Assembly: GCA_963723995.1 (NCBI GenBank)
Contig: CAVRSZ010000001.1
Coordinates: 118,114 to 182,113 of the forward strand
Origin: an uncultured Acidimicrobiales bacterium
GTDB lineage: Bacteria; Actinomycetota; Acidimicrobiia; Acidimicrobiales; SZUA-35
DNA length: 64,000 nucleotides
Direction: 5' to 3'
Part shown: positions 1 to 9,044 of the stretch, piece after piece
How positions within the stretch are numbered: the first letter of the stretch is position 1
How the letters are laid out: each line of letters starts with the position of its first letter
Made by a program: the position numbers and the translations under genes
The notes under the pieces: model-generated
What the model was told of the DNA's origin: nothing
The model's input: only the letters and a program-made list of their open reading frames with translations
The model's database searches: none

Positions 1-1
1 G

Positions 2-184
2 GGTCAGTGTGGGTGGTTGAAGGACCGCTACGGCTTGTCGTGGCAGATCGTGCCCAGTCAGCTGGGTGGGATCCTGGGTGATCCCGACCCCGAGCGTGCT
101 GCCCGGGCGACCGAGGCGATGTTGCAGATGCGCAAGCTCGACCTCAACGCCCTGCGGGCCGCAGCCGACGGCGCGCCGGCGTGA
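2..184 (+). CDS. C-terminal end of a PhnB-like VOC-superfamily protein (5' part outside window)
   Basis: Frame 2 is open to TGA 182-184 and reads ...GQCGWLKDRYGLSWQIVPSQLGGILGDPDPERAARATEAMLQMRKLDLNALRAA. This resembles the recalled conserved C-terminus of PhnB-like proteins. The stop overlaps the next gene's GTG (GTGA). Confidence 0.5.
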   Translation, partial: GQCGWLKDRYGLSWQIVPSQLGGILGDPDPERAARATEAMLQMRKLDLNALRAAADGAPA

Positions 185-810
185 AGGTGCAACGGCCTCG
201 ACATGGGGAGGCGAGGGCTGCGCTGCTCGATGCAGCGGTCGACGTGATCCGGGCGCAGGGGCTGCACGCAACGACGGTCGAGGACCTGTGCGAGGCGGCG
301 GGGGTGACCAAGGGGGCGTTCTTCCATCACTTCGCCTCCAAAGAACACCTCGCGGTGGCGGCTGCGGATCACTGGTCGCAGACCACCGGCGCGCTCTTTG
401 CTGGGGCGCCGTACCACGACCATGACGATCCGGCCGATCGAGTGTTCGGCTATCTGGATTTCCGGGCGTCGCTGATCTCGGGTGCGCCCGCTGACTACAC
501 GTGTCTGGTCGGGACCATGACCCAGGAGGCCTTCGACACCAGTCCCGCGGTTCGAGACGCGTGCGCGGCGAGCATCTTCGGCCACGCCGGAACTCTCGAA
601 GCCGACTTCGCGGCTGCCCTCACCGACAGCGACACCGATCCCGGCCTCAGCGCCGCAAGTCTCGCCCGACACACCCAGACGGTTCTCCAAGGCGCCTTCG
701 TGCTGTCGAAGGCGGCCAACGATCCAGCCGTGGTGCTCGAAGCAATCGATCATCTCCGCCGTTACCTCGAATGCGTCTTCGGGCGGACGTCGTCCGAAGC
801 GGGGAGGTGA
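181..810 (+). CDS. TetR/AcrR family transcriptional regulator
   Basis: N-terminal HTH: AALLDAAVDVIRAQGLHATTVEDLCEAAGVTKGAFFHHFASKEHL, a typical TetR_N signature. Confidence 0.85.
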   Translation: MKVQRPRHGEARAALLDAAVDVIRAQGLHATTVEDLCEAAGVTKGAFFHHFASKEHLAVAAADHWSQTTGALFAGAPYHDHDDPADRVFGYLDFRASLISGAPADYTCLVGTMTQEAFDTSPAVRDACAASIFGHAGTLEADFAAALTDSDTDPGLSAASLARHTQTVLQGAFVLSKAANDPAVVLEAIDHLRRYLECVFGRTSSEAGR

Positions 811-816
811 AGCGGG

Positions 817-1530
817 TTGTCGACCTTCTTGCTCTTGCACGGGGCCGCGTCGTCAGGTTGGTACTGGCATCTGGTCGCTCCGCTGCTCGATGCAGCCGGC
901 CACGAGACCGTGGCGCCGGACCTACCAGCCGATGACCCGACTGCCGGTCTGGCCGACTATGCGGCGACGGCACTCGAAGCGCTCGATGGCCACTGCGGCC
1001 AGGACGTGGTCGTCGTGGCGCAGTCGATGGCCGGGTTCTTCGCTCCGGTTGTCGCCGAGGCGCGATCGGCTACAGGGATCGTTCTGGTCGCGGCCATGAT
1101 CCCGAACCCGGGTGAGCGAGGGCACGACTGGTGGGTCAACACCGGCCAACCCGCCGCCCAGCAACACCACTTCGATGCGCTGGGACTGGACTGCGCCGAC
1201 CTGAACAACCCCGCGGTCATCTACGGCCACGACATCCCGCCCGATGTGTGGGCTGAAGCTGGACGGCGACTGAGGGACCAGACCGGGCGCCCGTTCGACG
1301 ATCCGTGTCCGATGACCTCGTGGCCAGCGGTCCCCACCCGAGTGATCGCTCCCCGAGGCGACCGGCTGTTCCCGATGGAGTTCCAGCGACGAGTGGCGAA
1401 GGAACGACTCGGACTCGGCGTCGATCCGATTCCGGGCGGGCACCTTCCTGCGCTCAGCCAGCCCCAGGCTGTTGCCCGTGCCGTGCTGCGAGCAGCGCGA
1501 TCAATGGCGAACCGAGAGGGGCATCCATGA
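817..1530 (+). CDS. alpha/beta hydrolase (methylesterase/SABP2-like)
   Basis: FLLLHGAASSGWYWHLVAPLL...VVVVAQSMAGFF, giving an oxyanion HG and a nucleophile-elbow-like S-x-A-G. Length is 237 aa. Confidence 0.8.
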   Translation: MSTFLLLHGAASSGWYWHLVAPLLDAAGHETVAPDLPADDPTAGLADYAATALEALDGHCGQDVVVVAQSMAGFFAPVVAEARSATGIVLVAAMIPNPGERGHDWWVNTGQPAAQQHHFDALGLDCADLNNPAVIYGHDIPPDVWAEAGRRLRDQTGRPFDDPCPMTSWPAVPTRVIAPRGDRLFPMEFQRRVAKERLGLGVDPIPGGHLPALSQPQAVARAVLRAARSMANREGHP

Positions 1531-1742
1531 TCATCGTGAGCGGGTGGTTGAGGACCCACCCGGACCGGCTGCCCGCCGTCCGGCCATGGAGGCAGCCCGC
1601 GCTGCGCCGGGCTGTGTCGACTTCCACCTGACCGACATCTGTTCGATCCCGTCGAAGTCGTTGCGCGACCTCGACGCCGTATCTTCGGTTTGTCATTTGG
1701 GATGGCTTCGAAGCGTGTGCCGCTCCGAGGTTCACAGTCTGA
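1527..1742 (+). pseudogene. ABM (antibiotic-biosynthesis-monooxygenase-like) domain gene, multiply frameshifted
   Basis: The ATG overlaps the upstream stop (ATGA at 1527-1530). Homology is spread over three frames: MIIVSGWLRTHPDR.., then ..AMEAARAAPGCVDFHLT.., then ..LRFVIWDGFEACAAPRFTV*. Confidence 0.5.
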
Positions 1743-1874
1743 GCGCTTCGACTGATCAGGATCCGCTCGGACCCGGCTATGGGGTGGGCGGCTCTCGGAC
1801 GCCTTCTCGCTCAGGGTGTCCTCAGTCGGGTGCCGATGTGCGCGGCCGTCGACGGCCCTGATCGTTCGGCGGGG

Positions 1875-2120
1875 TCACCCTGCTCTGCGTAGTCGGTCGA
1901 TCCCGTCGAGGAGTACGTCGAGGGCAAACTCGAACTCGACATCAGCATTGCAGGCCGAACCGGATGTACCGGGGCGTCGGAAAGACGTCGCGTGTCAGAC
2001 CCCACATTCGAGAACTCAATGCGTGCATGGCGTGGTGAACCAGGTCCGTCGAGAGGGCTCCGCTGCGCATCATGCCCATCAGTGTGCCCATGTATGCCAG
2101 CACAACCGGGCTTGATGCCT
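1875..2120 (-). pseudogene. C-terminal remnant of a TetR-family regulator (frameshifted, no HTH part)
   Basis: Minus-strand frames give PVVLAYMGTLMGMMRSGALSTDLVHHAMHALSSRMWGLT and then, in another frame, DVEFEFALDVLLDGIDRLRRAG*. The FEFGLD..LLDGL ending is typical of TetR C-termini. Confidence 0.4.
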
Positions 2121-2542
2121 GTCAGGTCTCGATGGCTTCGCTGGCCCATGTTCAGCCAGGGGCTGGTGATCAGCATCGTGATCGGCTACCTGCTGCGATA
2201 CTCCACCTCGTGCCCTGCTGGATCGCAACACTCGATCTGCTTCGCCGGATACGTGGTCATCAAAGGCCTCCGACCTCAGACCGACGAAGTCGACGACAGT
2301 GCAACACCTGTGGCGCAAGCCCGCTGAGGTCAATCGCAGCGCCGACCGACCCGACGCCGACTAGCAAGACGACGGCACCGCCGACGATCGAGAGAGGCGC
2401 CACTGCTCTCGGTTCCCTCGCCCCCGGCCCGGCGTAACGGTCCGCCGGGCTGGGTCGTGCGGTGCCGTTGGCCGAGTGCCGGGCCCAGAGAAGATCAGAC
2501 GAAGAGCGCCGGGGTGTGTGAGACTGGCTTTGATCCATTGAT

Positions 2543-3181
2543 CTATGGGTAGCCGAGGATGGGTTCGATGATGTCGAGGCCCCGTCCGACCAGATCCACG
2601 AGACGGGTCGCATCAGGACTGCGGTACCAGTCGATCATGGCCGCATTGATGACGCCCATGACCGCTCCGGCGAGGATGTGAGCCTGGAACTCGTCCCGGT
2701 CGACCTGGTCTCCCAGCAGTTCTTCGGTGAGACGTTCGATCCACAGCTGTTGGACCGCGGCGTTCCCCTTGGCCAGGGCGGGTGTGGCCTGAGCGACACC
2801 CATTGCCTGCCGCACGGGTAGAGGATCGCGGTCGATGTGCTCGCTGATCCTCCGGGCACCGTGGAGCAGTCGCTCGCGGACTGCAGCATCGGGCATCTCG
2901 GCCATGGCATCGCTGAGCACGTCGAGCCAGATACGGGGATGCAGATAGGCCAGGTCTTCCTTGTGATCGACATAGCGGAACACCGTGCGCCGAGACACAC
3001 CGGCACGCTGCGCAATCTCCTCCAGTGTCGCCGCGACACCCTTCTGCTCGAACAGCTCGCATGCCGCACTACTAAGCGCTCGCAGCGTCTCGTGTCGATG
3101 TTGGCGGCGGCCGACCACTTCGCCAATGGTACGCCACCCTCGGACAAATTGGCACTTTGCGACAGATACGACTTGATTCAA
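2543..3181 (-). CDS. TetR/AcrR family transcriptional regulator
   Basis: HTH: TLRALSSAACELFEQKGVAATLEEIAQRAGVSRRTVFRYVDHKEDL. The true start is probably downstream of 3181. Confidence 0.85.
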   Translation of the reverse strand: MNQVVSVAKCQFVRGWRTIGEVVGRRQHRHETLRALSSAACELFEQKGVAATLEEIAQRAGVSRRTVFRYVDHKEDLAYLHPRIWLDVLSDAMAEMPDAAVRERLLHGARRISEHIDRDPLPVRQAMGVAQATPALAKGNAAVQQLWIERLTEELLGDQVDRDEFQAHILAGAVMGVINAAMIDWYRSPDATRLVDLVGRGLDIIEPILGYP

Positions 3182-3255
3182 CTACTGTCACTATGAGACA
3201 CTTTCGACATGTTCGAGCAGCAGATCACCTCACTTCGACCACGGGCACCGAGACG

Positions 3256-3687
3256 ATGACCGCGCTCGTTGTCGCCGGCGCCGCAGTGTTCCTCCTCCTC
3301 GGCGTCGCCCACGCCGCTCTGACGCTGAGGTCATCTCCCAGCCATGGGCCGCTGACACCGACGAACCCTGACGTTCGTTCGGCCATGACAGACAACACCG
3401 GGCTCGGACTGGCGCCTCAACTGAGCACCACCCTCTGGAGAACCTGGGTCGGGTTCAACCTCTCCCACGCCCTCGGGATCATCACAATCGCAGGGACGAT
3501 CATGTTCCACGCTCTCAACGATCTCGAAGCCGTCGCCGATCAGGCCTGGTTCCTCGTGCTCACCTGCGGCTTGCCGGCCGTCTACCTGACCCTCTCGATC
3601 CGCTACTGGTTCGCCCGACCAACCCGGGGAATCATCGTCGGCGGACTCCTGCTCGCCATGGGAACGCTCGGCACCGCCCTGGCATGA
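3256..3687 (+). CDS. small integral membrane protein (4 predicted TM helices)
   Basis: An internal ATG at 3256 gives MTALVVAGAAVFLLLGVAHAALTL.., followed by several hydrophobic stretches. It is divergent from the TetR gene. Confidence 0.6.
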   Translation: MTALVVAGAAVFLLLGVAHAALTLRSSPSHGPLTPTNPDVRSAMTDNTGLGLAPQLSTTLWRTWVGFNLSHALGIITIAGTIMFHALNDLEAVADQAWFLVLTCGLPAVYLTLSIRYWFARPTRGIIVGGLLLAMGTLGTALA

Positions 3688-3832
3688 ACGAGCGCCAAGA
3701 GGCGGCGGCGCCCGCACGTCGCTCCGATTGCCTGGCCTGGGCGGCTCGCTGCACCGCCTAAAGGGATGGGGTTTGGGCTGTGCTTGCCGTGCTGCTGCGG
3801 CCATCGCTTGGCTAGACGATGGTCTCCCCGCG

Positions 3833-3903
3833 TCTGTCAAGGTAACGTTGACAGACGATTAGCGTCAAGATAACCTTGACACAACCGTCAAGATGAAATT
3901 GAC
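3833..3903. promoter_or_regulatory. array of three GTCAA-N7-TTGAC inverted repeats (operator-like)
   Basis: IR1 is TCTGTCAAggtaacgTTGACAGA at 3833-3855. IR2 is GTCAAgataaccTTGAC at 3864-3880. IR3 is GTCAAgatgaaaTTGAC at 3887-3903. The array sits immediately 5' of the 3893/3914 gene. Confidence 0.6.
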
Positions 3904-4483
3904 AGGAGCAGTGGTGGACGCCGAACAAGAGCAGGAACTACGAAGCCAGGTATCAGATCTGGTCATGGACTGGTACGAGGAGGTCGTCGGGGTCGGCGTC
4001 GATGATGCGAACCCTGAACACTTTGAGAACCTGATCAGGGCCGCTGCTGTGGTTGCTGATGAGTCCGGGAAGCTTGTCCGCGACTGGGTAGGCAGCGGCA
4101 AACGGGCCGGCCTGAGTTGGGCCGACATCGGAGCCGTGCTGGGGATAAGCCGCCAAGCGGCGCAGCAACGCTTTGCCCCCGCCACGACCTTCATGGGTGT
4201 CGGGATATCCGGAACAGACGAAGACGGACTCGTAGTCCGATCAGGGATGAACGCCTTCAACGAGGTGGCAGCAATGCACGAAGAAGGCAAGAAGGGCAAC
4301 GAACTGGTCGGAGCAGCTCCATTCAAGCTGTACTTCACTCCCCGCGGCGGGCAATGGGAGAACATCAGAGTTGGCGCGCTCCGTCGCCGAAGCTCTGTCA
4401 TCGAACAGTACGAGAATGAAGGGTGGACTCACGCTTTCACGTGGCCACCGTTCGTTTACCTCACGCGTCGAGGTACCAGTTGA
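3893..4483 (+). CDS. hypothetical protein with central HTH-like segment
   Basis: LSWADIGAVLGISRQAAQQRF looks like a sigma-70 region-4/LuxR-type HTH. The start may be GTG 3911/3914, following AGGAG at 3904-3908. Confidence 0.55.
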   Translation: MKLTGAVVDAEQEQELRSQVSDLVMDWYEEVVGVGVDDANPEHFENLIRAAAVVADESGKLVRDWVGSGKRAGLSWADIGAVLGISRQAAQQRFAPATTFMGVGISGTDEDGLVVRSGMNAFNEVAAMHEEGKKGNELVGAAPFKLYFTPRGGQWENIRVGALRRRSSVIEQYENEGWTHAFTWPPFVYLTRRGTS

Positions 4484-4678
4484 TCAACCAACCTGTAAGG
4501 GCCACGAATCCAACCGACATTCTCACCCTGCCGGCGCTGCCCCATACGAAACGCAACGGTTTCGTGAGCCCACGTCACCACGCGGAGTGCCCGAATAGGC
4601 GATCGCGTACGTGAGTGCCGTTGCAGCGCACTCGGTGAGATGTGCGTTTGTGTCCGGGATTGGGTGATCGGGCTGCAC

Positions 4679-4990
4679 TCATGTCGGAATGTCGAGGATC
4701 AGACCGATGACGTCCCGGATCTGGCCAGGAACCACCGGTCCGGTGTTGCCCCGTAGGTGTTCGACCCGTCGGGTCGACACCGCCCGTAGGTGCTGACATT
4801 GCGCAGCACGCCTGGCGCCTCGGACGCATCGTCGACCCGTTCGGCCAGGAGTGGGAGATCGGTCGACCGCTCGGCACCTGGCCGCCGTGACGACACGCTT
4901 GGTCGTGTACACCTCGTCAGCCGCGAAATCGCGTGCCCCGATGTGGCTTTGCCATCGGAGCAAGTGCACGGCGAAGCACGTCCGATCGCT
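4679..4990 (-). pseudogene. decayed MazF/PemK-family toxin gene (paralog of 18899-19243)
   Basis: The C-terminus AAQCQHLRAVSTRRVEHLRGNTGPVVPGQIRDVIGLILDI aligns with AAQCQHIRAVAAGRIERTRGNVGSAVLVEVRELLGLILDV of the intact toxin. Upstream matching pieces (SDVLRRALAPMAKPHRGTRFRG; VVTAAR; DLPLLAERVDDASE) lie in other frames. Confidence 0.55.
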
Positions 4991-5099
4991 GTGTAGCTGG
5001 CCACGGCCGGGCGCCGGTAGGCGTGGCGGTGGCGAGCGGGCAAACACCAGGGGGCCACCACCGCCGGCAGAAGGCGAGCGGCACAACACTCTCGCTCAC

Positions 5100-5196
5100 T
5101 CCGTTTCCGGCCCGGCATCTCCTCGATGTAGGCCTGGACCGGTTCGTTGCCATCGCCTTTGGGGATCTGCGGGTTACCGGCCGACAGCAGCTTCAC
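5100..5196 (-). pseudogene. N-terminal stub of a DUF1801/YdhG-like gene
   Basis: MKLLSAGNPQIPKGDGNEPVQAYIEEMPG matches the recalled DUF1801 N-terminus. The rest of the ORF is Arg/Cys-rich and looks non-genic. Confidence 0.4.
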
Positions 5197-5212
5197 CTCG
5201 CTGCTTGTGGGG

Positions 5213-6037
5213 TCAGCTCGGGCGGGCTGCCGCCCAGCCCAGCTCCGATGTGATGCGCAGGCCGGTGTTTCCGTCGCGGTCGTGCAGCGGGGCGATGGTC
5301 TTGCGGAGTGCGTCGCAGAAGTTGTCGTAGCCGATGGCTTCGATGGCGGGGACCGACGGGCCGGCGGCGGCGAGTGCGCGGATGGCGGTGTCGAGATCGG
5401 GCCATTCGTTGGTCACCTCGATGGTGCCTTGGTCGAGGAGTTCGAAGTCGGTTGCTCGGAGCATGTTGGCGATCACGTTGCTGGTCTCGCCCAGTTCCAT
5501 GGTCGCGCTCTGGTGACTTGGTGGTGAGTGCTCGATGACGCTGAGGAAGTAGGGCATGAGTCCCATGCGGTCGTGCGCGCCCCAGTAGGTGATCCCGAAT
5601 TGACCGTCGTCGGTGAGCACTCGGCGAGTCTCTCGGAGTGCGTCGTCGCATCCATTCCAGATGCCGTTGAAGCTCGTCACGACGTCGAAGGCCCCCTCGT
5701 CGAAGGGGAGTGCGTACATGTCGCCGACGCGGAAGTCGCCGTCGGGGGTGCGGGCTCGTGCGATGTCGATCAAGGTCTCCGAGGCGTCGAGCCCGGTGAC
5801 GGTGGCCCCGCGGCGGCTTGCGAGGTTGGCCGCGAACCCCGACCCACAGGCCACATCGAGATAGCGGGTCGCCGCACCGAGCCCCAACTGATCGAACACC
5901 TTCTGGTTTGCGGGGAGCGCGTAGGGCTCGAACAGGTACGCCCATTCCGTGGCCCGTGCGCCCCAGCCGCGTCCGGCGCGGATCCACTTCTCCTGACGTG
6001 TCGCATCGGTCACTGCAGTTGTCGTGGTCTCGGTCAT
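5213..6037 (-). CDS. class I SAM-dependent methyltransferase
   Basis: Motif I YLDVACGSGFAANLASRRGATVTGLDAS, plus post-I/II DMYALPFDEGAFDVVTSFNGIW. Confidence 0.85.
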   Translation of the reverse strand: MTETTTTAVTDATRQEKWIRAGRGWGARATEWAYLFEPYALPANQKVFDQLGLGAATRYLDVACGSGFAANLASRRGATVTGLDASETLIDIARARTPDGDFRVGDMYALPFDEGAFDVVTSFNGIWNGCDDALRETRRVLTDDGQFGITYWGAHDRMGLMPYFLSVIEHSPPSHQSATMELGETSNVIANMLRATDFELLDQGTIEVTNEWPDLDTAIRALAAAGPSVPAIEAIGYDNFCDALRKTIAPLHDRDGNTGLRITSELGWAAARPS

Positions 6038-6052
6038 CTGACCTTCTCCTAA

Positions 6053-6101
6053 ATAGCACGATCGGTCGTACTAGTTCGAACAGTACGACCGATCGTGCTA
6101 T
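6053..6101. promoter_or_regulatory. 49-bp near-perfect palindrome in a divergent promoter (TetR operator candidate)
   Basis: ATAGCACGATCGGTCGTAC-tagttcgaaca-GTACGACCGATCGTGCTAT. The arms are perfect 19-bp repeats and the spacer contains the palindromic GTTCGAAC. It lies between the methyltransferase start (6037) and the TetR start (6113). Confidence 0.7.
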
Positions 6102-6112
6102 CTTGTCAATTG

Positions 6113-6739
6113 ATGACCGAAACCCCGGAAGTCACGAAGCGGCGGACACGAGCCGACGGCGAACGCACGAGGCGACTGATCCTCGACGCTGCCGTGCGTT
6201 TGGCCACCGTTGAAGGTCTCGATGGATTGAGCATCGGCACCCTGGCCCGCGCCACCGAACACAGCAAGAGCGGCGTGTACGCACATTTCAACTCCAAAGA
6301 GGCGCTACAGCTCGCAACGATCGACAATGCCCGAGCGCTGTTCATCGACGTGGTAGTGGCCCCCGCCCTCAAGCAGGGAGGACTCGACCGTCTCCGAGCT
6401 CTGTGTGAGTCGTTTCTCGCCTATGTTGAGAACCGCACCCTCCCCGGCGGCTGCTTCTTCGCCGCCGCCGCTGCCGAGCTCGGCAGCCGGCCCGGTCCCC
6501 TGCGCCAGCGGGTCGCCGCCAACCAGAAGGACTGGATCAGGGTGCTCACCGACGCCGCAAACGAAGCCATGGCCCTCGGCGAGTTGCGCGATGACACCGA
6601 CGTGGCGACGCTCGTGTTCGAACTCAACGCGCTCGTCATCGCGGCAAACACCGCCTACATCCTTCACGACGACCCGGCCGCCCTGACTCAAGCCCGCATC
6701 GCCATAGAACGTGTGATCCTCGCCGCCACGCCCGCGTAG
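6113..6739 (+). CDS. TetR/AcrR family transcriptional regulator
   Basis: RRLILDAAVRLATVEGLDGLSIGTLARATEHSKSGVYAHFNSKEAL. ATG 6113 is preferred over the track's GTG 6095, which lies inside the palindrome. Confidence 0.85.
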   Translation: MTETPEVTKRRTRADGERTRRLILDAAVRLATVEGLDGLSIGTLARATEHSKSGVYAHFNSKEALQLATIDNARALFIDVVVAPALKQGGLDRLRALCESFLAYVENRTLPGGCFFAAAAAELGSRPGPLRQRVAANQKDWIRVLTDAANEAMALGELRDDTDVATLVFELNALVIAANTAYILHDDPAALTQARIAIERVILAATPA

Positions 6740-7100
6740 AGGCGGGCCCGAGCGCACCGTCCTGCGGCGCTGAATAGGCACACATGGGCCATCCCGGCCC
6801 TCGTGGGGACATAGGTTGATGTTGGCGGATTCCATCGGTGCCGTGAACTCGGACTGGCGCCTGTGACCTGGTCAAATGGCTGAGACCAGACGGCAGCGGA
6901 TAGTACGAGCCAGTCGCTGTGACGGCGTGGGTTCAGGCCGGCCTCGTGACCGGTGGCTGGGAAGCGGTAGAAGATGTGAAACCGAGCATCCAAGATGGCG
7001 CCATCGAGCCTGATCAGCGCCCACGCGCCACTCTCCGATCACCACCCCGACAGCTTCGCCTACAAGTTGCCCGTCGGCGGTACGTACGTATAATAGCTAC

Positions 7101-7325
7101 ATGCCGAATAAGACGATCAGCGTTCCGGATGATGTCATCCCGGTCATCGAGAGCTTGGATGTGCCGTTCTCGAGGTGGGTTACCGATCAACTCCGGCGGC
7201 ACACGGCGAAGTCGACAATGTCGTTCGCCGACCAGCTTCTCGCGGACGCTGCGCTGGCTGCAGGTGATCGCTTGCCCGATCGTGACATAGTCGGTGAACG
7301 CATGGAGCGATCTGCACCGTGGTGA
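7101..7325 (+). CDS. type II antitoxin (MazE-like partner of the downstream toxin)
   Basis: 74 aa. It overlaps the toxin start by 7 nt and begins MPNKTISVPDDVIPVIE.. Position and size are typical of an antitoxin. Confidence 0.6.
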   Translation: MPNKTISVPDDVIPVIESLDVPFSRWVTDQLRRHTAKSTMSFADQLLADAALAAGDRLPDRDIVGERMERSAPW

Positions 7326-7636
7326 CCCGTGGATCGGTCCACTGGGTCGATCTCGACCAGCGTCGTCCCTGCGTGGTGGTGTCGTCTCAGGAGGTGCTCG
7401 GGGTTGACGTCTGGCAGACCCATGTTGTGCCGCTCACCTCGAATCTGGATCGAGCCGGTCTTGCCGGCAATGTCTTGCTCGAGTCAACCGTCACCGGGTT
7501 GCCAAAGGACTCCGTCGCGGTGCCGCTCGGGCTAGAGCTGGTCGACCGTAGGTGGCTCGTCGAGAGAACAGGCCAGCTGCCACGAGCTCTCATCGACGCA
7601 ATCGACGACGGAGTCCGTGCTGTTCTCGGCCTGTGA
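7319..7636 (+). CDS. mazF: MazF/PemK family toxin
   Basis: RGSVHWVDLDQRRPCVVVSSQEVL...VVPLTSNLDRAGLAGNVLL...VDRRWLVERTGQLPRALIDAIDDGVRAVLGL, a classical PemK pattern. Confidence 0.8.
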   Translation: MVTRGSVHWVDLDQRRPCVVVSSQEVLGVDVWQTHVVPLTSNLDRAGLAGNVLLESTVTGLPKDSVAVPLGLELVDRRWLVERTGQLPRALIDAIDDGVRAVLGL

Positions 7637-7988
7637 CAAGCCTCGAATCATCCCGCCACGAACTCACCGCTCCACACGGCGCGTGTACTCAGGGTCGAAC
7701 TCGCCCCTCCGACACCGAACAAGTGATCGATCGATGCTCATGACGTTGCCTCTGGGTATCGACTGGTGTCGGGGAGCCTTCGTCGTCTCCTCTTGCCCCA
7801 CGAGGAGGAAGGATGTTGAGCGCCATCTTGGGTGAGCACGTGTGGGGTTGTTGGCGATGGGTTGGGTGAGCACGTTTTGGTGCTCGGGTGGGTTGTCGGC
7901 GGGGCGGGGGGTGAGCAGGCTCGGGGGGTCCTGGACGCGCAAGGACCCTCCCGTTGTCTCTTGGCCGAGTCGGGAGGGCTCTTCCTGA

Positions 7989-8594
7989 TTGGTGCGAGGC
8001 GCACCGGTGTTCATGGTAGGCAACGACGCGGGCGTGGTCGAGCACGATCTTGTTGGCGGGGAGCTGGTGTGCCCAGCATGTGAGGGCGGGCGATTGGGTC
8101 CGTGGGGTTGGGCTCGAATTCGGGTGCTGCGGTTGCGTGGTGTCGAGCAGCGGTGGCGTCCTCGCCGGTCACGGTGCGTCTCGTGTGGGGTGACGCATGT
8201 GTTGTTACCGGTTCGGGTGTTGTTGCGCCGTCGGGACGCTGTGGAGGTGATCGGGGCCGCAGTGGTTGCCTGGGCGGCTGGCGCGGGTCACCGGCGGATC
8301 GCCGAGGATCTGGGGGTTCCGGCCACGACAGTGCGAGGTTGGTTGCGTCGTTTCGCTTTGCGGGCTGGGTTCTTGCGTGGCCAGTTCATGGCCCTTGCCC
8401 ATCTGTTGGATCGTGATCTGGGTCGGGTCGAGCCCCGGGGTTCACCGGTGGCTGATGCGGTCGAGGCGATCGGTGTGGCGGCCTCCGCGGCGGCTCGGAG
8501 GTTTGGGCCGGGGTCGGTGTGGTGGTTCGCGTCGGGCGCGTCGGCGGGGAGGCTGCTGTCCAACACGGACTCGCCGGTCCCGCTGGCCGGTTGA
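7989..8594 (+). CDS. transposon-associated Zn-ribbon/HTH protein (DUF6431-like)
   Basis: CPACEGGRL...CVSCGVTHVLLP..., then HRRIAEDLGVPATTVRGWLRRF. From memory, this gene type precedes Mu/TniA-like transposases in actinobacteria. Confidence 0.45.
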   Translation: MVRGAPVFMVGNDAGVVEHDLVGGELVCPACEGGRLGPWGWARIRVLRLRGVEQRWRPRRSRCVSCGVTHVLLPVRVLLRRRDAVEVIGAAVVAWAAGAGHRRIAEDLGVPATTVRGWLRRFALRAGFLRGQFMALAHLLDRDLGRVEPRGSPVADAVEAIGVAASAAARRFGPGSVWWFASGASAGRLLSNTDSPVPLAG

Positions 8595-8640
8595 GCTGTC
8601 AACGTCGGTGTGATCGACCCCGACACGAGGAGGACCAAGG

Positions 8641-9036
8641 GTGGAAGACGAACGTCGACGGGACATCGCGTTGTTCCGCTATTCGCTGATCCGAGAAGCA
8701 GCGGACGCGGAGCTGAGCAAACGGGAACGAGGCCGCCTGGTCCGGCGTCTGGCTGGGCGTGAGCACGTGGTGCCCGACGGGCGGCGGGTGCGGATCGGTC
8801 GGTCGACTCTGGACCGCTGGATCCGGGACTACCGGGCCGGCGGCTATGACGCCCTGGTGCCCGAGGTTCGAGCCGGGGTGCCCTTGACGGACCCTGAGAT
8901 TCTCGACGCCGCTGTGATATCGAAACGTGAGGAGCCGAAGCGGACCGCAGCGCATGTGGCCGACGTGTTGGCCGCCAAGGACATGCACGTCAGTGCTCGG
9001 ACGTTGCAGTGGCACTTCGCCCGCCTCGGTCTCCCG
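8641..9036 (+). mobile_element. N-terminal (HTH) fragment of a Mu/TniA-type DDE transposase, 3'-truncated
   Basis: RRDIALFRYSLIREAADAELSKRERGRLVRRLAGREHVVPDGRRVRIGRSTLDRWIRDYRAGGYDALVP... The match stops near 9036, where the sequence becomes the antisense of an antiporter gene. No DDE core is present. Confidence 0.55.
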
Positions 9037-9044
9037 CAAGGCTC

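Noticed and set aside
58-840. Long antisense or alternative-frame ORFs throughout the window. Examples: 58-840(-), 10159-10998(-), 21349-22404(+), 27043-28437(+), 27250-28083(-), 36774-37982(-), 38379-39389(-), 46328-47398(-), 53430-54563(-), 60097-61215(-).
   Set aside because: Their translations are Arg/Pro/Gly/Ala-rich low-complexity sequence with no recognisable motifs. Each shadows a gene with clear family signatures on the other strand or frame. This is expected in GC-rich DNA.
2186-2260. Short ORF MTTYPAKQIECCDPAGHEVEYRSR with a good GGAGG RBS (minus strand, ATG near 2260). Possible small CC-motif peptide.
   Set aside because: Only 24 codons, no recognisable family, and it lies in a region full of gene debris. 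Evidence is insufficient to call it.
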